In this document: positions 60,810-64,000 of the stretch, piece after piece
How positions within the stretch are numbered: the stretch's first letter is position 1
Layout: each line of letters opens with the position of its first letter
NCBI GenBank assembly: GCA_041571435.1
Contig: JBFFUI010000006.1
Span: 1-64,000 of the forward strand
DNA: 64,000 nt
Reading direction: 5' to 3'
Source: Sulfurimonadaceae bacterium
GTDB taxonomy: Bacteria; Campylobacterota; Campylobacteria; Campylobacterales; Sulfurimonadaceae
The notes under the pieces: model-generated
Seen by the model: only the letters and a program-made list of their open reading frames with translations
Told to the model about the DNA's origin: nothing
Database searches by the model: none
Made by a program: the position numbers and the translations under genes

Positions 60810-60882
60810 TGCCATACTTTTTATACCAGCATCATAAGATGTTGCCATACTTTATCCAAATAATATGTCAAATTGCAATATT
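60810..60882. promoter_or_regulatory. Candidate operator sites in the divergent intergenic region
   Basis: TGCCATACTTT at 60810 and 60843; imperfect inverted repeat AATATGTCAA-A-TTGCAATATT at 60862-60882. Confidence 0.45.
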
Positions 60883-60945
60883 TTATACAACACAGTTACA
60901 AAATTCATAGAATGTGCCTATAAAAGTGATTCAAAAGGATGACAG

Positions 60946-61029
60946 ATGGCAAGAATAATCAAAACTGCGGATTCATTTCTGGGCAGATCGTTAGCGTCGC
61001 TAAATCGTTGGGCAGACAAAATTTTATAA
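60946..61029 (+). CDS. Micro-ORF, 27 aa amphipathic peptide
   Basis: AAAAGGA RBS; MARIIKTADSFLGRSLASLNRWADKIL*. Confidence 0.55.
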   Translation: MARIIKTADSFLGRSLASLNRWADKIL

Positions 61030-61042
61030 TCAAGGAGAGGTG

Positions 61043-61153
61043 ATGAATATCAACAGCAGAGAGTACCTATTAATCAAAAAAGTGATCAAGACCAACCCGA
61101 ATATCTCCGTGGGCGATATGGGGCGATTGATAAAACTGATCTACAACAGCTAA
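61043..61153 (+). CDS. Micro-ORF, 36 aa, HTH-fragment-like
   Basis: AAGGAG RBS; MNINSREYLLIKKVIKTNPNISVGDMGRLIKLIYNS*. Confidence 0.6.
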   Translation: MNINSREYLLIKKVIKTNPNISVGDMGRLIKLIYNS

Positions 61154-61167
61154 ATATCGTTTTCAGC

Positions 61168-61214
61168 AGAGAGCGCTGTTCTACCCTTTTAGATCAACTC
61201 CAGCGTTCTCTTTA
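61168..61214 (+). terminator. Stem-loop after the micro-ORFs
   Basis: AGAGAGCGCTG (61168-61178) pairs with CAGCGTTCTCT (61201-61211), one G-U. Confidence 0.5.
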
Positions 61215-61329
61215 TCATTCTGAAGCTTTGTCTCTTCACGCTCTTCGAGCTTGCTCTGATGGTAACCTCGAAAGATAAAGAACAAAAAGAGGATAAACAG
61301 CCCCGTCATAACATAATCCATAAAACTGC

Positions 61330-61800
61330 TCACATCAAAGCCTTGTATGCACTAAAGTTCTGTTTGATCGCCTCATAGAGAATGATCCCGGTACTTACGG
61401 CAAGATTCAAGCTGCGTCCCTCTTTGGTCATGGGGATGGTCATACAGTGTTCCGGGTTTGCCGCAAGCAGTTCAGCAGGAAGTCCTTTTGTCTCAGAACC
61501 AAAAAAGAGGAAGTCGTTCTCCTGGAATTTCTGCTCAAAATAGGGTGTATCCGTTTTAGTGGTGCCGTAAAAGTAACGGGCATTGGCATCCTGGGCGGCA
61601 AAGAAGCTCTCAAGGTCCTCCCAGACATGAAGGTCAAGTTTATGCCAATAGTCCAATCCTGCCCTGCGGACCGCCTTTTCGTCAATATCAAAACCGAGCG
61701 GTTTGATCAGGTGCAGTGTTGAACCGGTGTTGACACAAAGACGACCGATACTACCTGTGTTGTTGGGGATCTCCGGACGGACCAATACAATATTAAACAA
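61330..61800 (-). CDS. trmL: tRNA (cytidine(34)-2'-O)-methyltransferase
   Basis: PEIPNNTG.I.R, RRAGLDYW, FGSETKGL, RSLNLA. Confidence 0.95.
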   Translation of the reverse strand: MFNIVLVRPEIPNNTGSIGRLCVNTGSTLHLIKPLGFDIDEKAVRRAGLDYWHKLDLHVWEDLESFFAAQDANARYFYGTTKTDTPYFEQKFQENDFLFFGSETKGLPAELLAANPEHCMTIPMTKEGRSLNLAVSTGIILYEAIKQNFSAYKALM

Positions 61801-61824
61801 AAAGGCTCCTGTCTGTTTTAGGGT

Positions 61825-62661
61825 TTAGAAAATCACTGTTTTATTGGCATAGACAAAGATACGGTCTTCCAAAGCAAGCTTCAAAGCCCGTGAGAGAACA
61901 ATCTTCTCGACATCACGGCCCGAACGTTGCATGTCGCGCCAGCTGTAGGCATGGTCGATATGCTTGATCTCTTGTGAGATGATCGGACCTTCATCGAGAT
62001 TGTTGTTGACAAAGTGTGCCGTTGCACCGATAATCTTAACACCACGTTCAAAAGCCTGTTTGTAAGGGTTCGCCCCAATGAATGCAGGCAGAAACGAGTG
62101 GTGGATGTTGATGATCTTGTCTTCATACGCTTCGACGAATCGAGGTGTCAAGATACGCATATATTTGGCGAGGACGATATAATCGACATCTTTGTATTGA
62201 CCAAGAACGTCTAAGATCGCCTCTTCATGCGCCTCTCTGTCTAGTCCTTCATGCGAAACGGTGACAAAAGGTATATCAAACTTGCTGACCAGGGGTTCCA
62301 AAAGATCATAATTAGAGACAACGGCCAGAATATTGGCATCCAGCTCCCCTGCTTCATAACGGATCAGGATATCACCCAGGGCATGGGACTCTTTGGTCAC
62401 CATCAAGATAATGTTCTTCTTGCCGGGCTTAACGATATCAACGCTGGAGTTTTCCGGAAGTACGGCTTCAAGTTCGCTCTCGAGCTGATCTGCATCGACC
62501 TTGCCTTCAACAACGGAACGCATGAAGAACTTATCGTTCTCTTTATCAACGAACTCGTTATTGGACATGATGTTCAGTTCATGCTTATAGAAGATACTGG
62601 CGATCTTGTAGACCAGACCTTTCTCATCTTTGGCATCGATTAATACGCGGTATTGCTTCAT
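61825..62661 (-). CDS. purU: Formyltetrahydrofolate deformylase
   Basis: ACT domain, LAKYMRIL, INIHHSFLPAF.GA.PY, LDEGPII. Confidence 0.96.
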   Translation of the reverse strand: MKQYRVLIDAKDEKGLVYKIASIFYKHELNIMSNNEFVDKENDKFFMRSVVEGKVDADQLESELEAVLPENSSVDIVKPGKKNIILMVTKESHALGDILIRYEAGELDANILAVVSNYDLLEPLVSKFDIPFVTVSHEGLDREAHEEAILDVLGQYKDVDYIVLAKYMRILTPRFVEAYEDKIINIHHSFLPAFIGANPYKQAFERGVKIIGATAHFVNNNLDEGPIISQEIKHIDHAYSWRDMQRSGRDVEKIVLSRALKLALEDRIFVYANKTVIF

Positions 62662-62731
62662 TCTTTGGCTCTCTTGAAAACTGTTTTATAAAACCTGTAC
62701 ATGATGTACAGGCTCTAAAAAGAGTTGGTTG

Positions 62732-63799
62732 TTATTTAACGGCGTAGTTGGCGATAATAGAACCCATCTCGCTCGTTGAGCAGATCTCTTTTGCATCAAA
62801 CTGTGCAAGATCCTGGGTGCGGTAACCTTCGGCAAGCGCCTGCTTGATCGCCGTATCAATACGGTCCGCTGCCTCGTTTTCATTCAATGCATAACGAAGC
62901 ATCATCGACGCACTCGCGATCGTTGCGATCGGATTGGCGATCCCCTGTCCCGCGATGTCCGGTGCAGAACCGTGAATCGGCTCATATACGCCGATCTTGC
63001 TGCCGACAGAGGCAGATGGAAGCAATCCGATAGAGCCGGAAAGCATACTTGCCTCATCGCTTAGGATATCGCCGAATATATTTCCCGTCAGCATGACATC
63101 GAACTGCTTTGGATCACGGATAAGCTGCATTGCCGCATTGTCTACATACATGTGACTCAGTTCCACCTCAGGATATTGGGCAGCCACTTCAGTTACGACA
63201 TCACGCCATAGCTGGGAGACATCAAGGACATTGGCTTTGTCAATTGAACAGACACGTTTTGAACGTGTCATAGCGATCTTGAAAGCATTGTGCGCAATAC
63301 GAACGATCTCGTCACGTGTGTAGACCATTGTGTTAAAACCGCGGTTCTCGTCACGGCCTTTCGGTTCCCCGAAATAGATACCGCCGATCAGTTCACGGAC
63401 GACCATAAGATCAACACCCTGTACGATCTCTGGCTTCAATGAACTTGCATTGACCAGCTCATCATAGACGACTGCTGGGCGCAAGTTGGCATAAACGCCT
63501 AAGGCTTTACGAAAACGCAGAAGACCTGACTCCGGGCGTTTTTCACGCGGAAGGCTGTCCCACTTTTCACCACCAATGGCACCAAAAAGGACAGCATCAG
63601 AGTTCATTGAAGCATTGATCGTCTCTTGAGGAAGTGGATCGCCCGTCACATCATAGGCACAGCCGCCCATCAACAACTCTTCATATTGAAAGTCAAAGTC
63701 TGCCGTTGAAGCAACAGCGTCAAGAACCTTAACCGCCTCATCAATGATCTCAGGGCCAATTCCGTCACCTTTGATAAGTGCGATTTTATAGTTTTTCAT
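62732..63799 (-). CDS. leuB: 3-isopropylmalate dehydrogenase
   Basis: [44 protein letters not shown]. Confidence 0.97.
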   Translation of the reverse strand: MKNYKIALIKGDGIGPEIIDEAVKVLDAVASTADFDFQYEELLMGGCAYDVTGDPLPQETINASMNSDAVLFGAIGGEKWDSLPREKRPESGLLRFRKALGVYANLRPAVVYDELVNASSLKPEIVQGVDLMVVRELIGGIYFGEPKGRDENRGFNTMVYTRDEIVRIAHNAFKIAMTRSKRVCSIDKANVLDVSQLWRDVVTEVAAQYPEVELSHMYVDNAAMQLIRDPKQFDVMLTGNIFGDILSDEASMLSGSIGLLPSASVGSKIGVYEPIHGSAPDIAGQGIANPIATIASASMMLRYALNENEAADRIDTAIKQALAEGYRTQDLAQFDAKEICSTSEMGSIIANYAVK

Positions 63800-64000
63800 T
63801 ATTTCTCTCCTTGAGCAATTTCTTTGGCTGCATAATTCATTAAACCGCCTGCATTGATGAGCTCTTGCATAAATTCTGGGATAGGCGTAAATTTGTAAAC
63901 TCTACCGTTGGTTTTATTGGTAATCGTCCCTTCGTCCATGTTGATGCTGACCACATCGCCTTTCTTGATCTCTGTACTCTCCGGAAGCTCAAAAATAGGC
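63799..64000 (-). CDS. leuD: 3-isopropylmalate dehydratase small subunit, C-terminal fragment (runs off window end)
   Basis: Manual translation [15 protein letters not shown]...[19 protein letters not shown]...*; stop overlaps the leuB ATG. Confidence 0.88.
   Translation of the reverse strand, partial: PIFELPESTEIKKGDVVSINMDEGTITNKTNGRVYKFTPIPEFMQELINAGGLMNYAAKEIAQGEK

Overview
Chromosomal window from a Campylobacterota (epsilonproteobacterial) organism, probably a free-living Sulfurimonas/Sulfuricurvum-like genus. This is inferred from oorDABC, a GluRS2-type gltX, the gltX2-yggT-slt / mobB-fbp-metG synteny and a Campylobacter-type long DapD. Most of it is housekeeping: the end of fumC, sucCD, oorDABC, RNase P RNA, citrate synthase, tRNA-Glu, gltX2, metG, queC, ybeY, an envelope operon (mltD-rlpA-hisB-kdsC-lptC-lptA-engB-GNAT-membrane protein-mrdA), tatD, recN, nadK, aspS, adk, dapD, trmL, purU, leuB and partial leuD. 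Accessory patches lie at about 5.9-13.6 kb, 29.2-33 kb and 55.5-57.1 kb. No integrase, transposase, CRISPR array or phage structural gene was seen. The main candidates for new biology are: (1) a stand-alone CI/LexA-like S24 repressor divergent from two unannotated micro-ORFs (27 and 36 aa), with operator-like repeats and a structured 3' region; (2) an orphan response regulator with a ribbon-helix-helix output; (3) a Tat-exported GMC oxidoreductase apparently lacking the canonical His/Asn catalytic pair; (4) an array of 4-6 palindromic operators at a TetR gene; (5) a Cys-ligand-type cytochrome c; (6) two adjacent genes each broken by an early in-frame stop. All product calls come from motif recognition by eye; no database search was run.
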